Shown here one piece after another: positions 51,385 to 63,908 of a stretch of DNA of 64,000 nt (positions within the stretch are counted from its first letter, which is position 1; each line of letters opens with the position of its first letter). The stretch comes from Octopus sinensis (lineage: Eukaryota). The stretch covers positions 87,916,001 through 87,980,000 of the forward strand of contig NC_043002.1 in assembly GCF_006345805.1 (NCBI RefSeq), written 5' to 3'. The translations under genes and the position numbers were made by a program. The notes under the pieces were generated by a model that worked only from the letters and a program-made list of their open reading frames with translations, did not search any database and was not told the origin of the DNA.

Positions 51385-51565
51385 AATTAGAGATAAAACC
51401 ACTATTAGGCAACTCAAACAGTGATAGACATAAACTAAAACATCACTGTTTGAGTTGCCTGACAGTGGTTTTATCTCTAATTCAATTTATATTTATACTG
51501 TGAGATTTGATTTAATCCTAAATCTAATTTTTCCCTGTAAGTTTGGATATACTCCCTAATATTAT
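51385..51565 (+). mobile_element. Short PLE 3' terminus with fold-back 5' inversion
   Basis: 41-bp arms 51385-51425 / 51442-51482 (2 mismatches); 51485-51565 matches the reverse complement of 7313-7400. Confidence 0.75.
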
Positions 51566-51688
51566 TATTATTGTATATATATATATATATATGTGTGTGT
51601 ATGTATGTATGTATGTTTTGGCTGCTTTCTCGGTTTTAAAAGTGCAGTAGACAACACTATAACATTTCCCCTTTCGAATGAGCGAATA

Positions 51689-51801
51689 CCTTCCGCAATT
51701 TCCAGGAGTACCTGTTGAAATTGCTGCTTCAATGATAATTCTATTCCAGCGCCAACCTTTTTAAACGAAGATATTTTCTTTGTCCCCTCTTGCATTAAAT
51801 T
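51689..51801 (-). other. Candidate host exon
   Basis: Acceptor ttttttttcctgcag; possible donors CAG|GTACTC (exon end 51711) or AAG|GTATTC (51689); open frame NLMQEGTKKISSFKKVGAGIELSLKQQFQQ; no recognised homology. Confidence 0.3.
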
Positions 51802-52420
51802 CTGCAGGAAAAAAAATTAGAAACACAAGAGATCTTAGAAAATTTTCGCAACTCCTTTTTTTCATTTGTGTGTATTATACTAAAACATTATGTTTATGTT
51901 ACAATCAAGGCAGAATTGGCCTTAACACACCTACTGTATGAATTATTTAAAGTCTGATCCTGTGCGAATGCCGTTGTCGTTGTTGTTATTGTTGTTGTAG
52001 TTGTTTGTATCGCTATCTTCAAAATTATTTGTTACATTGTTCGAGATGTTTTTCTACTCATTTTTCTTGAAATAGTCTTCTATTCTTTTTTCCCTTCATT
52101 CGGTTGTGTAATTTGTTTGTGTAATGTCTTTTTGTTTCATTCGCTATTGCAATGTTTTGTCTCTTTTTTATTTTTTATTTTTTTTTTGTCTGGTAGACAA
52201 ACTGAAAGTGAGATGTCATCAGCACATGCAAGCAAATACAACAAAGTCTTTAAAAATCAAAGCTTCATTTTTGTCTATCACCATATATCAGATACAGGTT
52301 TACCTAGGTAATTATTCTCCAAGTAAATAAAACGGTCTAGGAGAGTGAAGAAAGATACAAGTGCACTTTACAAGAATCAATAACAACAACAACAACAACA
52401 ACAACAACAATAATAATAAT

Positions 52421-52647
52421 AATCCTTTCTACTCTAGCCACAAGGCCTGAAATTTGGGGTAGGGGACTAGTCGATTACATCGACCCCAGTGCGTAACTGG
52501 TACTTATTTTATCGACCCCGAAAGGATGAAAGGTAAAATCGACCTCGGCGGAATTTGAACTCAGAACGTAAAGGTGGATGAAATGCCGCTAAGCATTTTT
52601 CCTTGCGTGCTAACCACTCTGCCAGCTCGCCGCCTTAATAATAATAA

Positions 52648-52678
<31 letters not shown>

Positions 52679-53095
52679 AAGAAGAAGAAGAAGAAGAAGA
52701 ATTTTGGCACAAAGCAATTTCGGTGTAGAGGGTAAGTCGATCACATCAACTTCTGTTTTCAACTGATACTATTGACTCCGAGAGGATGAAAGGCAAAGTC
52801 CACCTCAGCAGTATTTGAACTCAGAATGTAAAGACAGACGAAATACTGCTAAGCATTTTGCCCGATGTGCTAAGAGCTCTGCCAGTTCGCCGCCTTGACA
52901 TAATGATAATAATCCTTTCTACTATAGATACTAGGCCTGGAATTTTGGAGTGGGGTTAGTCGATTATCGACCCCGGTGCTCAACTGGCACATATCTTATC
53001 GATCCGGAAGGGCGTTTGAACACAGAACATAAATGCGAAGAAATGCCGCTAAACATTTTGTCCGGCACGGTAACGATTCTACCAGCTCGCTGCTA
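52421..53095 (-). mobile_element. Three tandem SINE family-1 copies separated by (AAT)/(GAA) tracts
   Basis: Copies at ~52421-52634, 52700-52897 and 52912-53095. Confidence 0.85.
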
Positions 53096-53469
53096 AAGAA
53101 GAAGAAGAAGAAGAAGAAGAAAGAAGAAGAAGAATGATAATTATAATAATATTCAGTTAAGTCTTATAAGCTAGGCTATATTTTGATAATAGCTCCATAC
53201 TTGTTTGGTAATTAATATGATTTTTAAATCATGGACAATCGAGGTCGGTACAGAAGAGTATGGTAGTTAATTTCAGCCATTTCGGTTTTGAGCCCAAATC
53301 TCATTATGTCCCACTCAACGTGTGTGTCCAGATTCTATGAAATAAGTGTCAGTAATATACTGGAGTTAATTCAAACGACTAGCGACTTTACCTCATTCTA
53401 TTACGAAGATATATTTGTACGGCTATGTACCCAATGAAAAAGAAATCATTAAATAAGTACAGTTTAACT

Positions 53470-53626
53470 CAGGTATCGGCAACCTTTATCGAGAAGAGGG
53501 CCGCATGAAACATGAATCATCAGCCGGCAGACCGCACTACTAAAAATACTGAAGATAATTTTTCTTTAGACGTTCCATTGAGAACGTCTCGTGGGCTGCA
53601 TGTGCCCCAGTGGTTGTCCAAGACTG
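53470..53626. mobile_element. hAT-type MITE
   Basis: Termini caggtatcggcaacc / ggttgtccaagactg; subterminal gggccgcatg / gggctgcatg; 8-bp TSD gtttaact / gtttaatt. Confidence 0.75.
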
Positions 53627-54823
53627 GTTTAATTTACGTAGGTAAATCATTCGTGAAAGCAGGGAATATCACAAACTTCAATACTCAGTTGTCCATTATT
53701 AAGCGGACAATGCTGATTGGAAGACAAATTAAACACTTGCGCTTTTATTAACTTTAGATATACCTTAATGAAATTATCGTGATGGTGGTTGTTACGAATG
53801 AGAGACACACAGAAAGTGAGAAAGAAGATTCTGATAATGCACCAGTTTAGTTCCTATGTTTTGTAATCAAATCCTGTCGACCCTAATCGATAGTATCAGT
53901 AAGACAGTGTGTCAATTTAATCAGTGATACTGCTTTACTATCGTAATTCAACTTGTGTCTACATAACAATTATTATCTACCACATTTAGAAAACAAAATG
54001 GAAATTTTCTCACAGCTTGATTTCCATTTAGAGCTGGATTTTCGCCTGACGATTGTCATATCTTGTTTTTTATTTGTTTCGTGACAGATTAATGGTTTCT
54101 AAATTATACTATAATATACTCTTATACTCTACTTGGTTTCCGATATTAGAAGTAGCAGTGCTAGCAACGGTAGTAGCAATGGATGCTATTTTTTTGTTGC
54201 TATAGTTGATGGTAAAATTGATACGTCGTGTTTTGTTTGAAGAGGCAATGTAGACTTGAATCAGCAATAGTTAGTTGTTTTCTTTTGTACTGATTGGATT
54301 GGACAAACAGCAAAAGCCCAGCTGTATAAGGCCAATGTTTACTTAAACTACGTTATGAGTTTGCTGTGAAGACAAATACTTGAAGAGAAAGCAACACACA
54401 TTGTAGGAGAACGATCTTAGTGATCAACTACAACTAAAATAATATTATATCAAACTGTGCTGATTTCAAGACGTTCGTTGGCTATTACCTTTTCTACCAT
54501 AATTATTATATTTCATAAATTGGCCGTCCCTTAGGCCTCCATCAATCAGTACGATACTAAAAAGCATAGAAATATTATCATCTTACAGGATCTTTACTCT
54601 CTATCCTCTTGATAAATTACGAAATCCACAAACACGAACTTATTTCTGTAGTATCCGTTTTATCCAACTCAACATAATCCAGTCGAGTCAAGAATGTGTT
54701 ATGCAATTTATGTTTCATGTACCTTCGGAGTCGATAGAATAAGTACAGATAGAATAAGTACACAGGAGTCGAAGTGATCGACTTAATCCCGACTCCGAAA
54801 TTGCTGACTTTGTGCCAAAATTA

Positions 54824-54869
<46 letters not shown>

Positions 54870-54870
<1 letters not shown>

Positions 54871-55350
54871 GAGTGAGAGGGCTGTGCATGCCATCAGAGT
54901 GACACTGGGGTAAAATATACAAAGCCCAGTATACCCATCATGAATACCCGTCTGATAGGGGTACACCAGGCACATGCATCACAACCATATGTGCGCGACA
55001 TGGTGATCTCATATCAAGATAAACAGCGCATGACCTTGTAGGTGGGGCCCAGTTAGAATTTTTCTTCTGGTCGAGTAGCCCATCCCGCTCAAAAGGACCC
55101 TGAATAAGGGTTGTTTAAGGATGTTGAACGAACCGCCCATGTTTCCAAAGGTGAATTATCCAAACCTCTAAGAATTCCTTTCAACATACGGCTATGATGC
55201 TCCCCTACTACTTCTGCTCATGATCAGAGATGCACATATTGTCAGCCACTAAGAGACATGCTCAACTGGTTATGGTCAAATAACTGACAAGCAAATCTGT
55301 GGTATTGAGCAGAATATTTGCTGTAGCCCATCTTTTATACCAAGACAAAA
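54870..55350. mobile_element. ~480-bp non-coding interspersed repeat embedded in (TTA)n
   Basis: (TTA)n on both sides; second partial copy in opposite orientation at ~50226-50295; no ORF or tRNA head seen. Confidence 0.65.
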
Positions 55351-55398
55351 CAATTATTGTTATTATTATTATTATTATTGTTATATTATTATTATTAT

Positions 55399-56060
55399 CT
55401 TCTTCTTTCAAATTTGCTTCCATTTCTTGCCGAGTGTCTTCCCGACTCCTAGGGCAAAGAAACTCATAGTATACATTGGTAGGCCATTAAACTAAACTCA
55501 ATAGTTTGTTCATTTTTTTTTTAATTTAAAAGCTATTACTACATGGGTAGTAATAGTTCTCACATCGACAATGCTCTTCTCAATACGTGTGATGTACCAG
55601 TTAAGACAATCTTTTGCACTTCTTGCAGGGATGGTAAGCCAGGGATCATTCTCATATAATTTTCGGTTCCCTTCTTGATCATTCCTAGTGCTCCTACGAT
55701 CACTGGTATTGTAACCGCCTTGAGATGCCACATTTTCTCAATTTCAATGAGCAGGTCTTTATATTTTCTGAGCTTATCAAACTCTTTCGCCGAGATATTA
55801 TGATCACAAGGGATGCTCATGTCAATCAATGAGCAAACTTTATTGTTTTTGTCTTTCACAACAATATCTGGTTTATTGGCTTCGATGGTTCGGTCTGTAT
55901 GTACTGGAAAGTCCCACAGAATCGTTACACTTTCTCCTTCAGTTACAGCTTCAGGGTGGTGATTATACCACTTGTCGGCAGTTTTGATATTGTAATGCCG
56001 ACTTATTAGCCAGTGTAGATATTGGCCAACTCTGTCATGTCTTAATTTATACTCCATTTA
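55399..56060 (-). mobile_element. 5'-truncated R4/Dong-type LINE, third family, in (TAA)n
   Basis: (AAT)n at both ends in element orientation; RLE ORF plus ~160-nt 3' UTR. Confidence 0.88.
55560..56057 (-). CDS. Restriction-like endonuclease domain (PD..D..K) of R4-type ORF, truncated
   Basis: RHDRVGQYLHW...ILWDFPVHTDRTIEANKPDIVVKDKNNKVCSLIDMSIP...KLRKYKDL...IPVIVGALG...LTGTSHVLRRALSM. Confidence 0.85.
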   Translation of the reverse strand: MEYKLRHDRVGQYLHWLISRHYNIKTADKWYNHHPEAVTEGESVTILWDFPVHTDRTIEANKPDIVVKDKNNKVCSLIDMSIPCDHNISAKEFDKLRKYKDLLIEIEKMWHLKAVTIPVIVGALGMIKKGTENYMRMIPGLPSLQEVQKIVLTGTSHVLRRALSM

Positions 56061-56084
56061 TTATTATTATTATTATTATTATTA

Positions 56085-56122
<38 letters not shown>

Positions 56123-56164
56123 ATTATTATTATTATTATTATTATCATTATTATTATCATTATA

Positions 56165-56211
<47 letters not shown>

Positions 56212-56221
56212 CATTATTAAT

Positions 56222-56668
56222 ATTGCAGAATCGTTAGCACGTCAGCGAAATGCATAGCGGTATTTCGTCCGTCTCTATGTTCTGAGTTCAAATTCCGCCG
56301 AGGTCGACTTTGCCTTTCATCTTTTCGGGGTCGATTAAATAAGCACCAGTTACGCACTGGGGTCGCTGTAATCGACTTAATCCATTTCCCCAAATATGAG
56401 GTCTTGTGCTTCCAGTAGAGAGGATTATTATTATTATTATTAGTATTATTATCATTATTATTATTGTGGAATTGTTAGTACGCTGGGGAAAATGCTTAGC
56501 AGCATTTCGTTCGTTTTACGTTCTAAGTTCAAATTCCGCCAAGGTCGACTTTGCCTTTAATCCTTTCAGGGTCGATAAATTAAGTACCAATGAAACACTG
56601 GGGTCGATGAAGTCGACATTTCCCCTCCCCCCTTTCAAATTTTAGGCCTTGTGCCTTTTGTAGGAATT
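56222..56668 (+). mobile_element. Two tandem SINE family-1 tail-B copies in (ATT)n
   Basis: Copies at ~56225-56425 and ~56465-56668. Confidence 0.85.
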
Positions 56669-57499
56669 ATTATTATTACTATTATTATTATTATTATTAT
56701 TGGCGTGTTGTTGTTTTCGGCTCTACAAACCGCCCATGGCCATCACATTGCATTTTCACTGTTTTAACATGTCCTAAAAATTTGGGTCGAGTTCTTCTGG
56801 TCTTTTAGTTCCAGATCAGCTCTGGTTGAGCAAGCCCACTCTGTGATCAACGTCATTCTAACCATGTCCATCTTGTCTTTCTTCAGAACTTGTGTACTCG
56901 TAGCAACATTATTCAATGTGAGCTTTTTTCAAAAAAAATTTACAATCGAATGTGGTCTGAGAGAGATTAAGCGACCACCATATGATCGATAAAAAGCCAT
57001 TAGAGGCGCTGTCCCAGCCTGTTCACAGTTTTATCACAAAAACAACAACGAAATATAGGAATTAGTAACCACTATTTTGAATCAAATATTCGATAGAGAA
57101 AACAGTACTCTGAGCCCGAATTTACACAACTTCGACTTAGTAAAAGCATATTTTAGATTCTCTTTTACAACAGTTGGATGCAACGTTTATATCGGAATGC
57201 TATAGATAAAATTATTCATTCTTACTCTACCTGGTACCTTGGTAGAATCGTTATAGCATCACAAAATTAAGTTGTATTTGTTCCGGCTATTTAAGCACTG
57301 AGTTCAAATCCCACCGAAGTCAACTTTGCTTTCACTTTCAAGGGTTGATAAACATAAAGTACGAGTGAAGTATTGGTGCCAATATAGTCAACTGTTCGTT
57401 TCTCCTCAAATTTCTGATCTTCTTCCAATGTTTGAAATTATTAGTACTCTGCCTGTTGTCCGGAGAACACAGCTCGTAGAGGGCATTTACCCTTAGCAT

Positions 57500-57644
57500 T
57501 TAGGGTAAGCTTGAATTTAGGGGGTTCTTTGTTAAGCCTCGGGTGTCTAGCTTCATATTGAAACTTATTTTAATAACTGATTCTTCGAAAACTTTACAGT
57601 TGCTTTGTGTAATTTCTCTTTGTAAGAACCCGTCATCCGTTTTC
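57500..57644 (-). other. Candidate host exon (terminal or pseudo-exon)
   Basis: Acceptor ttgttttttgtctgcag|G; longest frame KTDDGFLQREITQSNCKVFEESVIKISFNMKLDTRGLTKNPLNSSLP*; no recognised homology. Confidence 0.25.
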
Positions 57645-57899
57645 CTGCAGACAAAAAACAAATCGCCTAGGATGAGATTGAATATAGCACCAGTCAATTA
57701 ATGGGATCGGAGACATCGACCACAATTTTTATCCCTAAAATGTGCAGTCTTGTGCCTATGTCGTATGTTTCTTTTATTTATTTACCGGCTTCAAATCATT
57801 CATGCATACATTTATACATACATAAATGCATGCATGCGTGCATACATGCATACATACATGCATGCACACATGCACACATATATATCATACAAGCATGAC

Positions 57900-58380
57900 A
57901 ATACTATTCGTAGGAAGGATTCCTTTGATGTATACATCAAAAACATGTCAGAACCAGCAGGTATTCACAATTTTCAAAACAAGGAATGCAGGTGGAACAC
58001 CTCAATAAAAGCATCAATTCGGTGCAAACATAACAGACTTGACATTTTTCTATGGGACAGGGATCAAAAGTCATGCACTGTTGTGGGGATCAGCTGCCCA
58101 GCAGACGTGAATGTACAATCAAAAGTCCAGGAAAAAGAGAACATTTTTAGCGAATTAATGTGCAATTTTCATCTCCCGTACTCTAACTATGAATTCTCAT
58201 TTATACCTATCATCATAGATGCATTAGGTTATGTACCAACAAATTTGCACAAAAATCTAGAAACACTTGGTTTCACGGAAAAAGAGCCAAAAAAAAACTG
58301 GCGCGGATTCTCCAAAACCAATCTATTAATGGCAGCGTGAAGACCTTCAAAAAATTCTCCATGTGAGATTCTTATGTGAA
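57900..58380 (+). pseudogene. Decayed RLE of TACA-associated R4-type family
   Basis: CRWNT...KHNRLDIFLWDRDQKSCTVVGISCPADVNV...FIPIIIDALGYVP..L...LETLGF; 5' flank (CATA/CATG)n. Confidence 0.75.
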
Positions 58381-58394
58381 TAGATGCAAACTAG

Positions 58395-59042
58395 GTGGGG
58401 AGCGAAAAAGGTACTTTTTATATAGATTTTCGAAATATATTTTTAAGAATATATTTTTTATTGTAAAAATTTTTTTAAATAACTGTGTTAAAATCTGAAC
58501 TTCTTAAATTTATATCTTCAGACTCTGCAGACCACTTGAAATTTTGAATAATGACCAAAAAATCAATTTATAACACGTTTGCCATTCCACATTTTAATTT
58601 TTAATTCATTGTTACGAATCAATTTTCTATTGTAAAATTCTTTAAAAATAAGTCTGTTAAAATCTCAAGCTCTAAAATTTATATCTTTACACTCCGCAAC
58701 GCACTTAAAATTTCGAAATTATGTGAAATAAAAAAGACTTTGTTTTCTTTATTATTTTTAAACTAGGTCATTGAATATATGTGTTACATAAGGTGTAGAT
58801 TATATACATATTAAAATAAAATTACGTGCAAACCAATTTTTGATTCTTGACACATTCTGGTGACCAAGATGATTAATATTTACATAAATAATTCCATGTA
58901 AATTATTTACATAAATTGCGTTGCGGAGACTGAAAAAATATTTAATCGCGAAGTTCTTTATACACCTTTCTTTTAACCCTAATTCGTAACGAAATATCGA
59001 TTCTTGGTTACCAATTTCGGAAGTTGCATTTTTCGCTCCAAC
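58395..59042. mobile_element. Probable non-autonomous TIR element with internal ~170-bp duplication
   Basis: ggagcgaaaaa (58399) / tttttcgctcc (59029-59039); duplicated block near 58460 and 58630; right flank TTAA. Confidence 0.45.
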
Positions 59043-59210
59043 TTAACGCACACACTTGGGTGTATGCATCGACAGTTCAACCAACACACCAACTCAACTA
59101 CATATTTAAAACACCGGAACTCTCGTATCTCAGAAAGTATTGTTGCTTTGTAAGCAACCGGCTTGAACTCTCAATTTAAACTCAAAGAAAAATCATACAT
59201 ACGTACATAC

Positions 59211-59578
59211 CAATTTTGAGAAATTAGGTTTCTCAAAACCAGAAAGGAGGAAGCTAATTTGAAGACTACAGATCCAATCCATCACTGGAACTGTAAAAAT
59301 CTGTAAAACTTTCCAGAAGTATATCATTTAAATATAAATGAGCATGTCTAGATATGCAACTATATGCATGAGAATACATACGTAAACCAAAACATACAAA
59401 TCTGCACAATATACATACATGCCTACATACATACATGCATACATATATACAGACATATATATATATACATACATACCCTGCTGATGATGTTGAATTCCCA
59501 TGAAGGAGCCTTAAATCTAGGTTAGAAACCGGCTCTTTCTCTATTGGCAAGAAATCTTGAAATAAAAATGAAGAATGA
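59211..59578 (+). mobile_element. 3' fragment of TACA-associated R4-type LINE
   Basis: EKLGFSKPERRKLI*RLQIQSITGTVKICKTFQK; (TACA)n on both sides. Confidence 0.85.
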
Positions 59579-59770
59579 CATACATACACACACACACATA
59601 CATACATACATACATACATACATACGTACATACATACATACATACATACATACATACATGCATGCATACATACATACATACATACATACATACATACATA
59701 CATACATACATACATACATACATACATACATACATACGTACGTACGTACATACGTACATACATGCGTACA

Positions 59771-59800
<30 letters not shown>

Positions 59801-59801
<1 letters not shown>

Positions 59802-62312
59802 GATGAATAACTGGAAAAAAAATTACTCACCAAAAAATTGCACTTAAGGTATACAGTATCGATGGTGATACCCTTGCGACTGTACTTCAAAATCTTCAAG
59901 ATAGAAAAACGTCAGAAAGAGACTTGTTCGTTGGTGTCTAGTAAAAGGAGCTGACCTTCCACTGACCGAATATTATTAACACGTACTACCAAGCACTCAT
60001 TAGTGTATTAGTATACCACGCTTGTCACCACTGGCAGAAACAAAACTTATCACCAAATCCGAACCACTCGCATGGCAAGGAGCTACCGCCCAATTTATTG
60101 TATAGAATATGTACAGCTTGTTCAAACTTATTCTTCCGCGACAACTGTGAAAATAATATCACCATAGCAGAAAATACAGCTGGGAAGAAGGGATTTGGGG
60201 TATGTGCTGAGCAGTTACTCATCAGCAAAGCTTTAACGTCAGTGGTGCGGCAGCATAGGAGGAACCTGGTTTCAATGTGGCTGTACTATAAGAAAGCTTT
60301 TAACTATGTCCCCACTCGTGGAAGCTAGAAGCCCTTCGATTTGCTAAAGTTCCAGAGAGTATAATCATAGCATAATCTGGATACAACATTCTTACGGATC
60401 TATATGGTTGGAGTTTGGTCAGGATAAATATTCCTATATGATTGTGAAAAGAGAGAGGAACATGTCTACTTGAGTTGACTGTTTCTTTTGTATTCAATGA
60501 AGAATGTTACAAGTACCTAGGTTTAAAAGAAAACATATCTTATGATGGTACCAGTAACAAAGAATGCATCACTAAGAAATATAACACCTAGATGAGAAAA
60601 ATGTGGTCCTCAGAACACCCTACATGCAATAAAATAGTGGCCAACAATGAATTTGCAGCACCAATGTTTGGACTACTTGACTGAAGGCTTGATGAAACAC
60701 ATGAATCATTGATGTGAAAACCCGAAAAGTACTGGCCACCACAAATAATTTTCACATCAACAGTATCGAAGGCAGTTTCTACCTAAAACAAAAACAAAAT
60801 GATAGAAGTTTAACATCGATTCAGACAGTTTTTTTATGTCACATCATATCCATTCGGTGACATCTTTTAACCACCAGGTGTCGAAGTGCATCTGTTGACC
60901 AAGTTTGCATACACTAGACAGATACTATCATAAGACTTGGAAAGCAGCTACTCGAGTAACAATCCTTGTCTGATATCCTTTAATACATACTCAAGAAGTT
61001 GCGCGACTCTACCGCAACGTATCGTCTGATGAAAGTATGAGTACAGATTAGCAGAAAGCCATTCATGGGTATTTTAGCAGAAAGCTCCAGGATGACCGCA
61101 ACATTGATAATCAATGCAGTCTCTCGAGAATCAACAACCGGACCACCAACTTATACTTTGAAGGATGTGCATTTGCAATCCAGAAACAGGAAATAGCTAT
61201 CAAATTCCTGGTGCACAAAGGGGACAGAGGCGCAGAAAAAATATTGAAAAATGTTACTTATGCAGACTTTGAGGAGTTATCACCAAAGATATCACTCACA
61301 TCATGAGCAGTTGCCTGAAAATGCCATCGCATTATTATCTACCGATGAAACGTGATATCATGGCCAAAACAGAGTACAATAAGATCTGCCAGAAGCATAC
61401 TCCTGAGATTAAAGATCTAAAAACCCACAGTGTGGTAGATATCATAACAAATAACATGTAAGATTACTAGTCTCTATATATATTTCAATACAATATAAAC
61501 ATAAAAAGATCTGACAATAATTTGAGACAGAGAAGAGAAACTATGAACAGTAATGAAAAAATTAGCTGCTCAGCGGATATTAATATAATGCAAAAGATAG
61601 CGAAAAAAACACCAACACTGAACTATTGAGGAATTTACGGCTACAACATCCGGATTACAAGTTCAGATTTATTCCCGTAAGTATTGTGACACTCGGATGT
61701 GTAACAAACTGCCCCGGTACCAATCTTGAGAAATTAGGGTTCTCAAAACCAGGAAGGAGAAAGTTAATGAGAAGAGTGCATATACAAGCCTTCAATGGAA
61801 CTGTCAAAATACGTGAAACTTTCCAAAAGTTTAGCATATAAGTTCATATGCACGTGTCTGGACATACAACTATATGTATGAGTATACATACAGAAAACAA
61901 AACATACAGATTTGCATATGTACTTATTTCTTTACTGCCCCCCAAGGGGCTAAACACAGAGAGGACAAACAAGGACAGACAAACGGATTAAGTTGATAAC
62001 ATCGTCCCCAGTGCGTAACTGGTACTTAATTTATCGACCCCGAAAGGATGAAAGGCAAAGTCGACCTCGGCGGAATTTGAACTCGGAACGTAGCACCGGA
62101 CGAAATACTGCTAAGCATTTCGCCCGGCGTGCTAACGTTTCTGCCATCTCGCCGCCTTGATTTGCATATGTACTGACTTTAAGTACTTGCACATATATAC
62201 ACATAAATGCACAACTACCTTGCTGGTGTCGTTGACATTCCAAAGTGGTAGCTTTGGATCTAAGAAACCAGCTCTTTCTCCATTTGACAAGAAACTTAGA
62301 AATAAAACTAAC
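59801..62312 (+). mobile_element. Long decayed TACA-associated R4-type LINE (RT to 3' UTR), interrupted by a SINE
   Basis: Fragments ARSYRPI, AGKKGFGVCAEQLLISKA, MWLYYKKAFNYVP, YKYLG, RLCRL..EDITHIMSSC, FIPVSIVTLG, GTVKIRETFQKF; (TACA)n flanks. Confidence 0.82.
61925..62158 (-). mobile_element. SINE family 1, tail type A, with 16-bp TSD
   Basis: TSD gatttgcatatgtact at 61909-61924 and 62159-62174. Confidence 0.92.
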
Positions 62313-63727
62313 ATGCATACACACACAAACACACATACATACACATACATACATACATACATACATACATACATACATACATACATACATACATACATAC
62401 ATACATACGTACGTACATACTCATACTACTTCTACATACGAACACATGTTTATAAACAAAGATTAGCTATCTCTCTAGTGCACGCTTCCTTCTCTACATT
62501 AGTAACCTTTTAGCATCTTTGTTACTGTATATAAATGACGCACCTGCACAGATAAAATCTACCCCCGCTTCCACACCTTCCATCTTACTTTACACATACC
62601 TCATCGACTTACTACGACCACGACCATGACAACAACCACACTAACAACAACACCACCACGCGGCATGTACAGGCATGTCAGAGCCAAACTGACAATCCTG
62701 TTTCATTCAGTAGCAACAACAGCTTTCATGGAAAGAAAACCGATGGACTAATTTAATGAAAGCCAATCAGCTAATGAGAGAGCCAACATCTAAGCGGTTG
62801 CTTGACCTGCTAGAAATAGCAAGCAACCAACCGAATGTCAACCAAATCATACCCCACTGTCTTCAAAATTTGAAAGTATAGTCCTAAATATATCGAATAA
62901 AAACAGGATCGTAACCATCAGATCAGCTGGGTTATAGGAACGCTATACAACAACAGCAAAAACAACAATAATAACAAATACACCTTTACGACCCCATTAA
63001 TCAATACTAAGCTAAAATCAGAAATTTTGAAACGAACCTCTACCTGATCGCACTATCTACTAAAAATAGCACCCGAACCTCCCTCAAATTACATCCTACC
63101 GTTTGGCAGTAGAAAAAGGAAGGACACAGATAATGTGATCATATTAAGGCCTTGAGAACGGTTATTTTAAGTCAATATTGATGGCTGAGGTTATAAGATT
63201 TGCTCTGTTATTCCAAGTCAATGGAGTAGCCTGTATGTGGTCGCTTAACCAGCAAGAGATATCAGCCAAATACCCCTCAATTACTTGCTACCATCTTAGG
63301 AAAACTACGGAATGTCTGAAATAACAATGTGATGGTTGTGGTAGCTGGAGTGTCTTGGCTCTATTTATTCAGAGCAGACTTGAGGCTACAAACCTACAAT
63401 AAAACAGCAAACATTTCATCATTGGCAAGATTGCATCCCAGAAGCAGGGTTTCCTCTTCATTGTCTGTAAAACTACTGATGTCATTCAAGTATGAATACC
63501 CTCTTCACAGAAATATTTCTAAAACAACTAGGAATATACACACCAATCATATATCATGTACGTTATACTAGATGGTTTCAAAAAAATGGGCGGAAAGAGA
63601 AAACACTTAATTTCCTCTGTTTAGCAACACCAAATTTCTGATCATTTTATACACATTATGGTATGTTCATCCTTTCGTTTATAAAAGGAATATATAAAAG
63701 GATCATGAATGCCGGAAGAAAAGTCAG

Positions 63728-63772
63728 CTCTCGGCTGAAGACTGCAGTAGCTTGAAACTAGAGTTCCGAGAG
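63728..63772 (+). ncRNA. Type I hammerhead motif with weak stem II
   Basis: CTCTCGG-CTGAAGA-ctgcagtagctt-GAAAC TAGA GTT-CCGAGAG: 7-bp stem I, intact core, palindromic stem III. Confidence 0.6.
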
Positions 63773-63867
63773 AATCAAAATCAAAATTTCTATAAATATT
63801 TGACTCCACAATATTAATTATTCATTATATACTCTCTTCCGAATTCAGTGTTACATTAAAATATCTA

Positions 63868-63908
<41 letters not shown>

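Noticed and set aside
59490-59560. SECIS element or hammerhead in the TACA-family 3' module
   Set aside because: ATGAA is present but the 3' GA of the quartet is absent and there is no CUGANGA core; it is better explained as a plain stem-loop.
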